From an uncultured archaeon (GTDB lineage Archaea; Asgardarchaeota; Thorarchaeia; Thorarchaeales; Thorarchaeaceae): a stretch of DNA of 32,000 bases. The DNA is taken from positions 180,001-212,000 of the forward strand of contig CAZYLT010000003.1 of the NCBI GenBank assembly GCA_964648855.1. Reading direction: 5' to 3'. Of the stretch, positions 1 to 9,800 are shown one piece after another. The translations under genes were made by a program, and so were the position numbers. Numbering within the stretch: position 1 is the first letter of the stretch; every line of letters begins with the position of its first letter. Below the pieces are notes generated by a model. That model did no database searches and had not been told where the DNA came from. It saw only the letters and a list, made by a program, of their open reading frames with translations.

Positions 1-1836
1 TCCATAATCCGTACCGTCGAGGTTCAGCCCGGATTGGTTCAAAGCATAGAACAAATCTTTCTCATTCACATGATTCTCGGCAAAGGAATGATTTAGATTG
101 GTTATTGATTGCCCAGAAGTGAAGTATAGCCCACAGTCCGTCATATTGTTGCCATCAAATGTACCTTCGGTGACTGTATCAACATATATCCCAAATCGTG
201 AGCTACCAATGATGTTATCCTTGACTTCTGGACTAGTAGCGCCCTGCATGAAAATACCATATACCATGTTGGAGATCTCGTTATCAACAATGGACGTATT
301 GACATCCCTTGTTAGAATGCCGGTATTTGCTGCATTGATGATGTTGTTGTGAACGTCCGCTTCTTCTGCCCCAGCCCGAATGTATATTCCCGTGGTACAA
401 TCATTAATTGTGTTGGTGCTCACTGTCACATTGTCGCTATAAACTGTGATTCCTCCATTCGTATCTCCAATTTGATTGTGGGAAATCTTGGCATTATCTG
501 CACCACTGAGAGCTATTATCCCCGAGTCAGAATCATATATGCTATTTCCTGTGATTGTGCAATTCGGATGGTTAACATATATTCCATAGCTTCCGACTGA
601 ATCTATGCTATTGCCAGAAATTTCTGCCCGAGGTGAATCAACAAGGAACAATGCAGTATTATCCGAAATACTACATGTGTTATTTGCAATATTGGCATCA
701 GGGATGCTATTCAGATACATCGCATAGCTTCCAGCGTTGATAATTGTATTTCTCAATATGCTTACATTGGACCCGGTCATTAAAAAGAGCCCCACCCATA
801 CATCTTCCATGTAATTGTCCGATATGGTGAAATTGGCTATTGCTCCTGAAAAATAGATAATGGAATAAATAGCATTGTCTATCATCTCATTATCAGAGAT
901 AATCCCATTCTCAGACCCTGAAGACCTGATTGGATAGCCATCGCCACCATTGAGGATATTACCTACAATGCTTATCCCTTCATGACTGACAAAGTCTATG
1001 CCGTCATCGATGAAATCAATGATTTCATTATCTGAGATCGACACATGCTCAGAGAGCCTAAGAAAGATTGAATCATCAGAGGTGTCCTTGAACAAGTTTG
1101 AATATATCTCGCAGAAGCTAGAATTGTACACGTCTAGACCCTCACTACCTGAATTCTCCACTATGTTGTGGTGGAATAGAGTACCGTTTGACTCGTGTAA
1201 CCGAGCGCCTGATACTGTTATCATGCTGATTTCATTGTGATGAGCATTGGCGCCACTGCTCTTTGAGATATGCAACCTGCCTCCAGTCAAGAAGCTGCCT
1301 TCGATTTCGATATTGTGAGAATTGGAAACCAGAATGCCATCTGTGCCAGCTGCATCCACATATATTGTGGATATCGTTGAATTTGTTACGTTGTTGAATG
1401 AAACACCCTCTAAAGCTGAATCGATGGTGACGTGCTGCAAGGCAGCATTGGTTACATTCTCCAAATCGATTGCGTGTTCATTGGACAACTGACCAAAGTA
1501 GCAGTCTTGGATGACGAAGTAAGAATCGACATTATACATCCTGATGAGTGGTTCATCAATATCGTAGGTGATGTTCAGCCCTGAGATAACATACGGGTCA
1601 GCCTGGCTTCCCGCACCGTCCCAGCCTTGGGAAACAAAGTCCCCCTCTTCGTCAATCAGAATGGGTACATGCGAAACGTGGTCACCGGGTTCAAGCCTAG
1701 TTCCTGCTTCCTGCAGACTTGACAGACTAACGGTACTTTCTTCCTGTATCCTCATCACCATAAATGAATTGGTAATGACGAATGGATGGCACAAAAGAAC
1801 TGCTACAATTCCTAATACAAGCGCGCGGTTTTTCAC
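1..1836 (-). CDS. Secreted right-handed parallel beta-helix (NosD/CASH-like) surface protein, 3' end truncated by window edge
   Basis: Absent from the ORF track because there is no stop in the window. My translation gives GTG at 1836 after GGAGGAGG and a signal peptide (MKNRALVLGIVAVLLCHPFVI). It then reads 'DFVSQGWDGAGSQADPYVISGLNIT' followed by many ~22-aa repeats of the type 'ISGNSIDSVGSYGIYV' / 'ISDNEIIDFIDDGIDF'. The frame is open to position 1. The + strand ORFs at 98-1957 are antisense shadows. Confidence 0.88.
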   Translation of the reverse strand, partial: MKNRALVLGIVAVLLCHPFVITNSFMVMRIQEESTVSLSSLQEAGTRLEPGDHVSHVPILIDEEGDFVSQGWDGAGSQADPYVISGLNITYDIDEPLIRMYNVDSYFVIQDCYFGQLSNEHAIDLENVTNAALQHVTIDSALEGVSFNNVTNSTISTIYVDAAGTDGILVSNSHNIEIEGSFLTGGRLHISKSSGANAHHNEISMITVSGARLHESNGTLFHHNIVENSGSEGLDVYNSSFCEIYSNLFKDTSDDSIFLRLSEHVSISDNEIIDFIDDGIDFVSHEGISIVGNILNGGDGYPIRSSGSENGIISDNEMIDNAIYSIIYFSGAIANFTISDNYMEDVWVGLFLMTGSNVSILRNTIINAGSYAMYLNSIPDANIANNTCSISDNTALFLVDSPRAEISGNSIDSVGSYGIYVNHPNCTITGNSIYDSDSGIIALSGADNAKISHNQIGDTNGGITVYSDNVTVSTNTINDCTTGIYIRAGAEEADVHNNIINAANTGILTRDVNTSIVDNEISNMVYGIFMQGATSPEVKDNIIGSSRFGIYVDTVTEGTFDGNNMTDCGLYFTSGQSITNLNHSFAENHVNEKDLFYALNQSGLNLDGTDYG

Positions 1837-2057
1837 TGGTCTCCTCCTCCATGAAGGTCGGCTTCGGTCACTCTCCACCCGGCAGAGAAGGTGTTCCGAG
1901 GCTAATTTTTCCCTCAGTACATTCTGCATCACCAATTGTTTGCTTAGAAATCCGTGATGAGTTCCTTCTATTCCTCAGGCTTCTATCTGGCGTGTTCCAT
2001 AGCCTGCTTTTTCTACGATACAATCCCTAATAAATTTCTGCTGAATGGGCTCAGAGC

Positions 2058-3083
2058 TCAATATCCCCTCTCGATATCGATTACGTTGATGAAATTATTC
2101 GACCCTGATGCGAATCTTCTGATATTTTCAATTACCTCGTCCCATCGTTGCAAATCATCCATTGGGGAGGCGCCTCGGTGCGGAGAAAGGATAATATTGT
2201 CAAGCTCATGAAACGGATGTTGATATGGATACTTCCTCCCGTCTTCCTCTGGATCGGGCTGATAGTTGTACCAGACATCTATTGCTGCTCCAGCTATTTT
2301 GTTCTTCTTGAGTGCATTATAGAGTGCAGCTTGCTCAATAACTGAACCGCGAGACATGTTTACCAGGAGTCCGTTGTCTCCCAGCAAGTCTAATTCCTTC
2401 TCACCAATAATGCTCTCAGTTTCTTCTGTCAGGGGAACGGCAACAATGAGTACATCAACATACTTCAGGAACTCGGGAAGCTCACTTGAATTGAAGAATT
2501 TGATTTTCGTTGGGAGGCCATCATTTTCCAATTCACTTCGTTTTAGTACTGCAAATTCATTCTTGAATCCCGACAGAAATTGATGCACTCTGCTATTTAC
2601 GGCTCCATATCCAAATAATCCGATTCTACGCTCTCGCAATGGAATTGATTTGGCATAATCATCGCCACGCCTCCATTTGCCATCTACCATCCAATTGTGG
2701 TGAGGGATAACTTTGTTTGTTAGCGAGAGTAATAGTGCTACAGCGTGCTGTGCTGTGAAGTATGCATTTCCATGCCCATTGACAAGTGTGATGTCACGAC
2801 TTTGGTCCAGCCCACGAAATTTCTCCAAGAGGTGCTGAACGCCGGCACCAGGATTGATATAGAGGGAGAGATTTTTCGCTTTCTCAAGAAGCTCCTCACT
2901 TGGCCTCCAACCAACAATGATGTCTGCAACATCAGCATATCTCATATATTCGGACTCTTCAGCTGAATCTGGGAAAATAAGATTGATACCAGCGTCTTGG
3001 GGTATTCCTTTGGAGATGTATTGTCGCAGCTCGCTTCGCACATCCCAGATGAATAGTACATTCACATTCATTCTATCTCTCAT
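2058..3083 (-). CDS. D-isomer-specific 2-hydroxyacid dehydrogenase, NAD(P)-binding
   Basis: Motifs PGAGV, TAQHAVALLLSL, Rossmann IGLFGYGAV, VPLTEET, LVNMSRG, AAIDVW and ILSPHRG. Start trimmed from 3227 to ATG 3083 (GGTG 7 nt upstream), which removes the overlap with the upstream gene. Confidence 0.9.
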   Translation of the reverse strand: MRDRMNVNVLFIWDVRSELRQYISKGIPQDAGINLIFPDSAEESEYMRYADVADIIVGWRPSEELLEKAKNLSLYINPGAGVQHLLEKFRGLDQSRDITLVNGHGNAYFTAQHAVALLLSLTNKVIPHHNWMVDGKWRRGDDYAKSIPLRERRIGLFGYGAVNSRVHQFLSGFKNEFAVLKRSELENDGLPTKIKFFNSSELPEFLKYVDVLIVAVPLTEETESIIGEKELDLLGDNGLLVNMSRGSVIEQAALYNALKKNKIAGAAIDVWYNYQPDPEEDGRKYPYQHPFHELDNIILSPHRGASPMDDLQRWDEVIENIRRFASGSNNFINVIDIERGY

Positions 3084-3132
3084 TCCAGAGCACCATAATC
3101 CACATGACCAAGGTTCAGACGACACATGGGGC

Positions 3133-4197
3133 CTAGAGAAACAAGGCTTTGGCTCTTTCCCTAAAGGACACGAAATCCGTGACAAATGCTGAATCTCTAA
3201 GTAACTCAGTTCTGTAGTTAGATTCAAATTCCATGGTCGCGTTACGCAGGGATTGACGAAACCGTGCTGTTTCCTCTGTTACTACAAGCAGCGATGTGGT
3301 TAATGCACCACTCTCAACTAGAATCTTAATATCACCATGGTCAACACGGTGAAGATTCTTGTCAGTTGCCAACATCTCTTTCATCAATGACACAACCCCT
3401 GACATAGCTGACCCTAACAACTCTGAGTCGACATTTCCTGAATAGTCATGGAATCTATATAGGAATACGAGGGTTCCTTCTTTGTCAAGTATAAGCAGGT
3501 CAAGAGGCATCGCCTCACTCACAAAGAGGAGCTTCGGTTTCACTGCTACCGTGACTGATATCATCAATAAGCCAATGCTATATGGCACAGACCAACTCTG
3601 ACCTATTATATATGGTACACCTGGAATATTGGCAATAACAATTCCAATGAGCCCTGCTATGACCCAAATCAGAAAACCGAGAAAGTACACTCCAACCCAC
3701 CTCTTTTCTTTAGGGTCACTTGTAGCTCTAAGCACCTTTCTAGCATATCTGATGATAACATAGCCAAGAATGAGGAATGCAAGTGCTTCTATGACTATTG
3801 GAATTTGCGCTGACCAGTTTCCCTTAACTAACTCTCCGAAGAGCGCTCCACCAGCAATGAATGAGACTATGTTAGTGTGCCACGGTGGTCTTTCATATTG
3901 AGAATATATCACTGCAAAATACCAAAACAAGAATCCGCCAACAATAAAGAAGGCAAGGAGGATATTTGAAACCCACAATCGATGTTCATTAATGATAACA
4001 TACCAGTTTCTAAATGGGAGATACACCTGGTCCAATAGAAGATCAATTGCCATACTCGAGAAAAGAACCATCGTCATAGCATAGAGTAGCGTGGGCAGGG
4101 TTCTATTTTTCCATAATGAACGAAAAATAACAACCATTGTCAGTCCACTAATGATTGTGGTCATGAAGAGCATTGGAACTAATTCCGGCGATTGCAA
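3133..4197 (-). CDS. Multi-pass (about 7 TM) membrane protein with C-terminal longin-like domain
   Basis: About seven hydrophobic segments, then 'LDLLILDKEGTLVFLYRF...DSELLGSAMSGVVSLMKEM...HRVDHGDIKILVESG...SLLVV', typical of Asgard longin/roadblock-fold domains. The likely start is TTG 4197, with GGTG just upstream. The track start is 4296. Confidence 0.75.
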   Translation of the reverse strand: MQSPELVPMLFMTTIISGLTMVVIFRSLWKNRTLPTLLYAMTMVLFSSMAIDLLLDQVYLPFRNWYVIINEHRLWVSNILLAFFIVGGFLFWYFAVIYSQYERPPWHTNIVSFIAGGALFGELVKGNWSAQIPIVIEALAFLILGYVIIRYARKVLRATSDPKEKRWVGVYFLGFLIWVIAGLIGIVIANIPGVPYIIGQSWSVPYSIGLLMISVTVAVKPKLLFVSEAMPLDLLILDKEGTLVFLYRFHDYSGNVDSELLGSAMSGVVSLMKEMLATDKNLHRVDHGDIKILVESGALTTSLLVVTEETARFRQSLRNATMEFESNYRTELLRDSAFVTDFVSFRERAKALFL

Positions 4198-4746
4198 GCG
4201 GCTGCACCTGTACGAAAACAGACTTTGCCAGTCTAATAAAGTAACTTTGAGTATATCCTCAGCTAAACATCTGGAGTGCACCTGGGGCACCTCCAATGAG
4301 CGGATTCCAAGCTTAATGGTTTCTCTTTACAGGTACATTCCAAGCAACAAGCTTAGAGGGAATGATAAGATTCTTGATTCCGGTGTTGGTGTCTCGGGTA
4401 CATTCCTCATTGCAGCCTATACATTCGTGTTAGAACCGGACCAAGAGAGAAGGTATATTCCCCGAATGGTACATCCTGATTCCGAGAATTTAGTCGAACA
4501 AGGTTTATTGAAGGGCTGTAATCACTGTCATGAGCTGTTCTCATATAAAGGATGAAGACATATCCGAAGATGGCACAGTATAATGCAGACGTTGTGGTTC
4601 TAAGACCAAAGACTCGAGATACCCATAGAAATAGTGCAGGACCTTCAATGAACAGTTGCAGCTCGCATTACTCATTAAATCTATCGAATCACATGCCTGA
4701 GCCGAAAACCATCATCTTTTTAGAAAGCTGGATTGCTGAGAAACTG

Positions 4747-5241
4747 ATGATAGATTCTACAGACTTCCTCATATTCCTAGTGAACCACGGGTTTTCATTC
4801 GCTTCTGGAGTTCCTTGTTCCTACTTCAAGCAAATGATTGACAAAGTCCAAATGCTCGATGCTATATCGTATGTCCCAGCCACGCGTGAAGATGAGGCGA
4901 TAGGTATTGCATCGGGGATCGCATTCGGCGGCAAGAGAGCTTTTGTCATAATGCAGAATTCGGGCTACGCCACCATAGGTGACGCATTGACTTCTCTTGC
5001 TCAACTCTATAGACTACCAATGCTGATAATAATCAGTTACAGAGGTCTCGAACCTGATAGGGATTTTCCTGAGCATTCTCTAATGGGAGAGGTAACTGAA
5101 GATTTATTGAAATCGTATCGTGTTCCATTTTGGGATTTGAAAAAGGAATCGTGGCATCAAACTCTTGAAGACGCGATTGCAAGGATGGAGGAAACATCGA
5201 GACCTGTTGCGCTTTTGATTAGAGAGGGAGTGGTTGGGTAA
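4747..5241 (+). CDS. comD: ThDP-dependent sulfopyruvate/phosphonopyruvate decarboxylase, alpha (PYR) subunit, ComD-like
   Basis: GVPCSYFK, ATREDEAIGIASG, IMQNSG, LPMLIIISYRG...PEHSLMG. From ATG 4747 it is 164 aa, matching ComD size. The track's N-terminal extension looks spurious. Substrate is uncertain. Confidence 0.8.
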   Translation: MIDSTDFLIFLVNHGFSFASGVPCSYFKQMIDKVQMLDAISYVPATREDEAIGIASGIAFGGKRAFVIMQNSGYATIGDALTSLAQLYRLPMLIIISYRGLEPDRDFPEHSLMGEVTEDLLKSYRVPFWDLKKESWHQTLEDAIARMEETSRPVALLIREGVVG

Positions 5242-5243
5242 TC

Positions 5244-5810
5244 ATGTATGGTTTTGAGATAATTCAGGAACTTCAAGAAGTTCTCACTGGAAATGAGATA
5301 ATCGTCAGCAGCAATGGCAATATCAGTAGACAGGTCTATCACTGTCTACCACGGCCGCAGATCTACTTACGCGGTAGCATGGGACTGCCAATTCCCGTGA
5401 GCCTCGGTGTCGCATTGTCTCGTCCGCAGAAGCAGGTCCTTGTAATCCTTGGCGATGGTAACCTCTTGATGGGGCTCAGCTCACTGGTGACTACATCTCT
5501 CATGCGACCAGAGAATCTAAAGATCTTGATTCTTGATAATAATGAATATGCAACAACAGGGCACCAGCAGACTTCTTCGGGGGTTCTCGATTATGCCAAT
5601 CTGCTCAAAGGACTTGGCATTCTCTTTCTTGAACCCATTCTGAAAAATGACTCGATTGAATCAGCCAGAAGAAAACTAGAGGACTTGTTGAGTAAGCCCG
5701 ATTTGTCCGTTCTTCCTGCATTAGTGAAATCCAAACCGCCTTCACTGACTAATATTCCATTGCATCCCGAAGAGATAACGGTTCTCCAAACGAGCTCGAT
5801 GATGAAGTGA
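5244..5810 (+). CDS. comE: ThDP-dependent sulfopyruvate/phosphonopyruvate decarboxylase, beta (PP) subunit, ComE-like
   Basis: SSNGNISR, YLRGSMG and the ThDP motif GDGNLLM...ILDNNEYATTGHQ. It starts 2 nt after the alpha subunit stop. Confidence 0.8.
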   Translation: MYGFEIIQELQEVLTGNEIIVSSNGNISRQVYHCLPRPQIYLRGSMGLPIPVSLGVALSRPQKQVLVILGDGNLLMGLSSLVTTSLMRPENLKILILDNNEYATTGHQQTSSGVLDYANLLKGLGILFLEPILKNDSIESARRKLEDLLSKPDLSVLPALVKSKPPSLTNIPLHPEEITVLQTSSMMK

Positions 5811-5905
5811 GTGTTAGAACTCTTGGTTTCTAAGTTACGAATGAGACGTGATATCTTGTTGATTACAAAAGACTCTTTATTCTCTCCATAAAACAACTCT
5901 TATTT

Positions 5906-5934
5906 TTGTGCATTATTCTATAATTAATGCACAA
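5906..5934. promoter_or_regulatory. Perfect 10-bp inverted repeat (TTGTGCATTA-N9-TAATGCACAA), candidate operator
   Basis: Seen directly 32 bp upstream of the NifB/NifX gene start, next to an AT-rich TATA-like stretch. Confidence 0.6.
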
Positions 5935-5966
5935 TGGTAATTATTCACATCAGGAGAGCATAAAAA

Positions 5967-6569
5967 TTGAAGGTAGCAGTATCAAGTACAGGTCCCGATT
6001 TGAACTCACAGGTTGGTCCTCGCTTTGGAAGATGTCAGTATTTCGTGATTGTTGATACCGACGCTAAGAATGCAAAGGCAATCCAAAACACAGCAGCAAA
6101 TCGCTCTGGAGGTGCGGGCATTCAGGCGGCCCAACTTGTCGTTCAAACTGGTGCAAAAACAGTTCTTACAGGAAGTCTTGGTCCAAACGCAACTCGAGCA
6201 CTCGCAGCAGCAGGTCTTGATACAGCACTGGGTATGTCCGGCACTGTGAAAGAGGCTGTGGAACAGTTCAAAGGCGGAAAAGCTGAGGTATCAACTCCAA
6301 GTTCTACTGCCACCGGGCAAGCGTATGGTGCGGGGATGTCAACTGGAATGGGTTACGGAATGGGACGAGGAAGAGGTGGAAACCGCGGCGGAGGTCGCGG
6401 CATGGGACTTAGACGACAGATTCCGACAGGTACATATCCGCCCCAGCAGATAGGACCACCATCTGATGCTGCAAACAGAAGCGATTTTGAGAAATTGAAG
6501 AGTCAGATGTCAAAGGTTCAGGAGCAACTTGAGAAGATTCAGCGAAGGCTGGGCAAGCTGGAGAAGTGA
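5967..6569 (+). CDS. NifB/NifX (dinitrogenase FeMo-cofactor biosynthesis domain) family protein with Gly/Arg-rich linker and C-terminal coiled coil
   Basis: MKVAVSS...VGPRFGRCQYFVIVD...GGAGIQAAQLV...LTGSLGPNA...GTVKEAVE. The tail is GMGRGRGG...LKSQMSKVQEQLEKIQRRL. TTG start with an AGGAG RBS. Confidence 0.9.
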   Translation: MKVAVSSTGPDLNSQVGPRFGRCQYFVIVDTDAKNAKAIQNTAANRSGGAGIQAAQLVVQTGAKTVLTGSLGPNATRALAAAGLDTALGMSGTVKEAVEQFKGGKAEVSTPSSTATGQAYGAGMSTGMGYGMGRGRGGNRGGGRGMGLRRQIPTGTYPPQQIGPPSDAANRSDFEKLKSQMSKVQEQLEKIQRRLGKLEK

Positions 6570-6876
6570 GCCTCCCCCCAAATCAATTGTCTAGATCATT
6601 CAAGGCCATAATCCTTTGGGCAATGAAAGTATGACCCTCATGGGTAGTAAGAATAGAAACATCCGGGACCTTGGAAAAAGCAGGTCGCCGACTCCCTATC
6701 GATAATTGCAGCGATTAGAAGAATGCGGGACGAATTTACTAGCAGGAAGTCCTTACGAAGTGTAAACCCAATTACGAGCGGGTAGATTTCTTGGTTTATA
6801 ACGAGAAGGAAACAGATATCAAGGGGTTCTTTCTGCATAACCTTCAATCTTCCTAGAAAAGGAGAGTATCGGAGAT

Positions 6877-9800
6877 TTGACAACTAAGCACGCCATTCTA
6901 TACCTATTTGTAATTCTGATGATATCGTCCATAGTTACAGCGCCTTCTGAAACGCCAAGCTTGTTTTCCCTATCAAGCCGGACGGAAGTTTCAGCTCGTG
7001 ATGTTTTCAATAGTCTTGCATCCGAGGAACAGCTCAAAGAATTGAAGGTAAATGTCAATGAGAACCCAAGCTTTGAAACAATGGACACAACTGATTGGCC
7101 AGATAGCTATGGCGGTTATACGACGAGTTACAAGTTCACTGATTATGCATATACGGCACATGTGAACACTGGAAGTTATGCTGGCTACCTCGCCGGTTAT
7201 GGGGTACCTGGATGTGGGACCAGTCAAACCTATTTCTCACGGAGCTTTGGTCAAGACCCAGCTGCGCTACTCTATGAAAATCTTACACTTGATTTCTATT
7301 GGAATACGCTGAATAACCCAGATATCGATATCCAGGCTTATGTGTACTTATTAGTTCAGACAAAAAACAGCACGAATGACTATCATGAAATACGGTACTA
7401 TCTTAGCAACAATTACTTTTCGGGAACCAACAGAACTTCAGTAACCGCATATATGTGGAATTTCACCATCGGGGATTGGCACCATTTCTCTCGCGATCTC
7501 GGCCAAGACTATGCAGCCAGTCCCTATAATTCTCAGCCTGATTCTACAAGGAGATTAACATCACTAAGATGGTATATCGCAACAACTGAAAATTGCAGGA
7601 ATACTCTAGAGTTCGTTCTAGATGATACGTCTCTAACTAACGGCACTTACTCTGGCTGGATACCTAACGGTGGATTTGAAACCGGTGATGGTAGCTATTG
7701 GGGTTATACATATAGCACTGCTACGTTTGTTGAGCAGAGCACAGATGCTACTGATGGCCCTTACTCCCTCAACATGACTTCCGGTGTTATTGAATCACAA
7801 TGGTCGGCTGCCTACGGTGCAGTTGAGCGTGAATATACGTATCCAACCGGCCTGTTTGTAAATGAACCTGACATGACCGTTATCAATTTCGACTGGAAAT
7901 ACAACCGGATACTGGGTAGCAATTCCCAATATGCAAAATTTGCAGTGAAGTTCCAGAATGAAACAGACGACTACTACTATCACTTCTTTCTAGGATATGG
8001 CGCGGATGAGCTTCTCGGGGTTAGTAACTCCACAACCTCGATTGGGATAGGGCTTGATGGATACAATGTTCGCGACACATGGCATCATGCTGAACTGGAC
8101 CTTCATGAGTACATTTCTGACTTCGGTAGTACTACCGGCTCAGTTGTTAGGCTTCAGTTCTATGTTTACGTCCCTGGGCTAGGGTCTCAATCATCCCTTT
8201 TAGTCGACAATTTCACTATCAGTTCCTCACCAACCGGTGACCCGAGTTTCGAGCAAGATTGGTACGAGGACACATATACGCCCTTTGCTGGATGGTTCAG
8301 ATACCTCGGGGATGCTATAACACAAACGAGGACAACAGACTCTCGGAGTGGCGATTATGCATGCAATATCACTCCATATACAACCCATGATAACTACGCA
8401 GGAGTGATTCGCCCAACATTTGTCAATGTCAGCCCGAATGACTTCTTGGATGCATGGTGGCGCTTGGACAAGATGAGTGGTGTAGACGAGTCATCAGCCA
8501 TCATCAAGTTGGAAATCGATGGCGGCTATTCTCTTAACTACATCCTCGGGGCCGGAGGTAACTATGCGCCGACAAACTCTTCAAGCAATTACTATTTCAA
8601 TGTTGAAGGTTTTAACACGACTGGAATCTGGACTAATCTCCATCGCAACATCACAGCAGATGCTCAAGAGGGTCTGACGCTTTCGGGCGATATTCAAATC
8701 AAGAACGTAGTTCTGCGGGTTAGATCCGACTATGTTGGGCCCTCTGAGTCAGTAACGACATTGATCCTAGATGATGTGATCATAACGGATGGGGCATCTC
8801 CTGTTGTAGAATTTGTTGATCAGTCACCGGTTTCCCCGATGTACAATGATAATGTGTTAATCCATATCGACGCTTTCGATACACGTCCAGGCATAGACTC
8901 TCTCGCTGTCAATTATACAGTAGACAACGGTACGACTTGGCTGACTCTATCAACGACCGGGTCATATGACGCAGTAATTCCAGCCCAAGCTTATGGAACA
9001 GAGGTGCAATATTGTATCATTGCTGTAGATGGCGTTGGACTCGAAACTGTCGATGATAATGACTCTCTATACTACTCGTATACAGTTGGTGATGATATTG
9101 ACCCCACAGTGAACATTGATTCACCAGCAGATGCGGCAGAGATGGAAGGTATAGCAATTATTGAAACGACGGTTGATGATGGAGGCGGGTCAGGAATTGA
9201 TTATGTGGAGTTCCGTGTCGGCTTGATCCTCTTCCATACGGACGATACACCGCCCTATGCTTCAGCACTAAATCTCGATAGCATCGACCTTGGGGTACAT
9301 ACAATTAATGCCACTGCGTACGATGTGGCCGGCAATCATGCATCAGATGCCATCACGATCACTGTTGCAGATACTACAACTCCCACCATTGATTCGCCTG
9401 CTGATGTTTCATTCGTTGAAGGTGAGGCAGGTCAATGGATTGCATGGGGTCCAGACGATTATCGACCGAATAATTATGAAGTACTTGTTGATGGTGTTTC
9501 TGAATACTCAGGACTATGGAATTCGACATCTGAGTTAGTAAATATATCTCTCGATGGTCTAGCAGTCGGTGAATACAATTACACCTGCGTGGTCTATGAT
9601 GATGCAGGTCTCTGGACTGCAGATACTGTAATTGTGACTGTTGCAGACGGTTCGGTCCCAACTATTGACGTGCCAGCTAGTATCGAGTATATTGAGTTCT
9701 CCACGGGGCATTTGATTACTTGGTCGCCAGCTGACGACCATCCAGAGAGTTACAGCATTTATCAGAATGGAACTCTATTGCAGTTTGGTTTGTGGAACTC

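Noticed and set aside
98-2211. Several + strand ORFs in the track (98-352, 349-600, 998-1240, 1568-1957, 1782-2030, 1954-2211)
   Set aside because: They are antisense shadows of the long - strand beta-helix gene and the dehydrogenase, with no protein-like motifs.
4407-4667. Start-less 86-codon open frame on the - strand (…LQLFIEGPALFLWVSRVFGLRTTTSALYCAIFGYVFILYMR…) in the ~550-bp gap, and + ORF 4091-4555
   Set aside because: There is no suitable start or RBS and no recognisable family. It could be a gene remnant but cannot be supported without a homology search.
4747-5810. Methanogenesis or alkane oxidation inferred from comDE
   Set aside because: No mcr or other coenzyme M genes are in the window, and the substrate is ambiguous.
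5967-6569. Nitrogen fixation inferred from the NifB/NifX domain
   Set aside because: The family is widespread in non-diazotrophs, and no nifHDK or nifEN genes are present here.
6570-6876. 300-bp intergenic region and - strand ORF 6638-6883
   Set aside because: No convincing ORF, repeat or RNA structure was found, and the ORF overlaps the start and promoter of the large surface gene.
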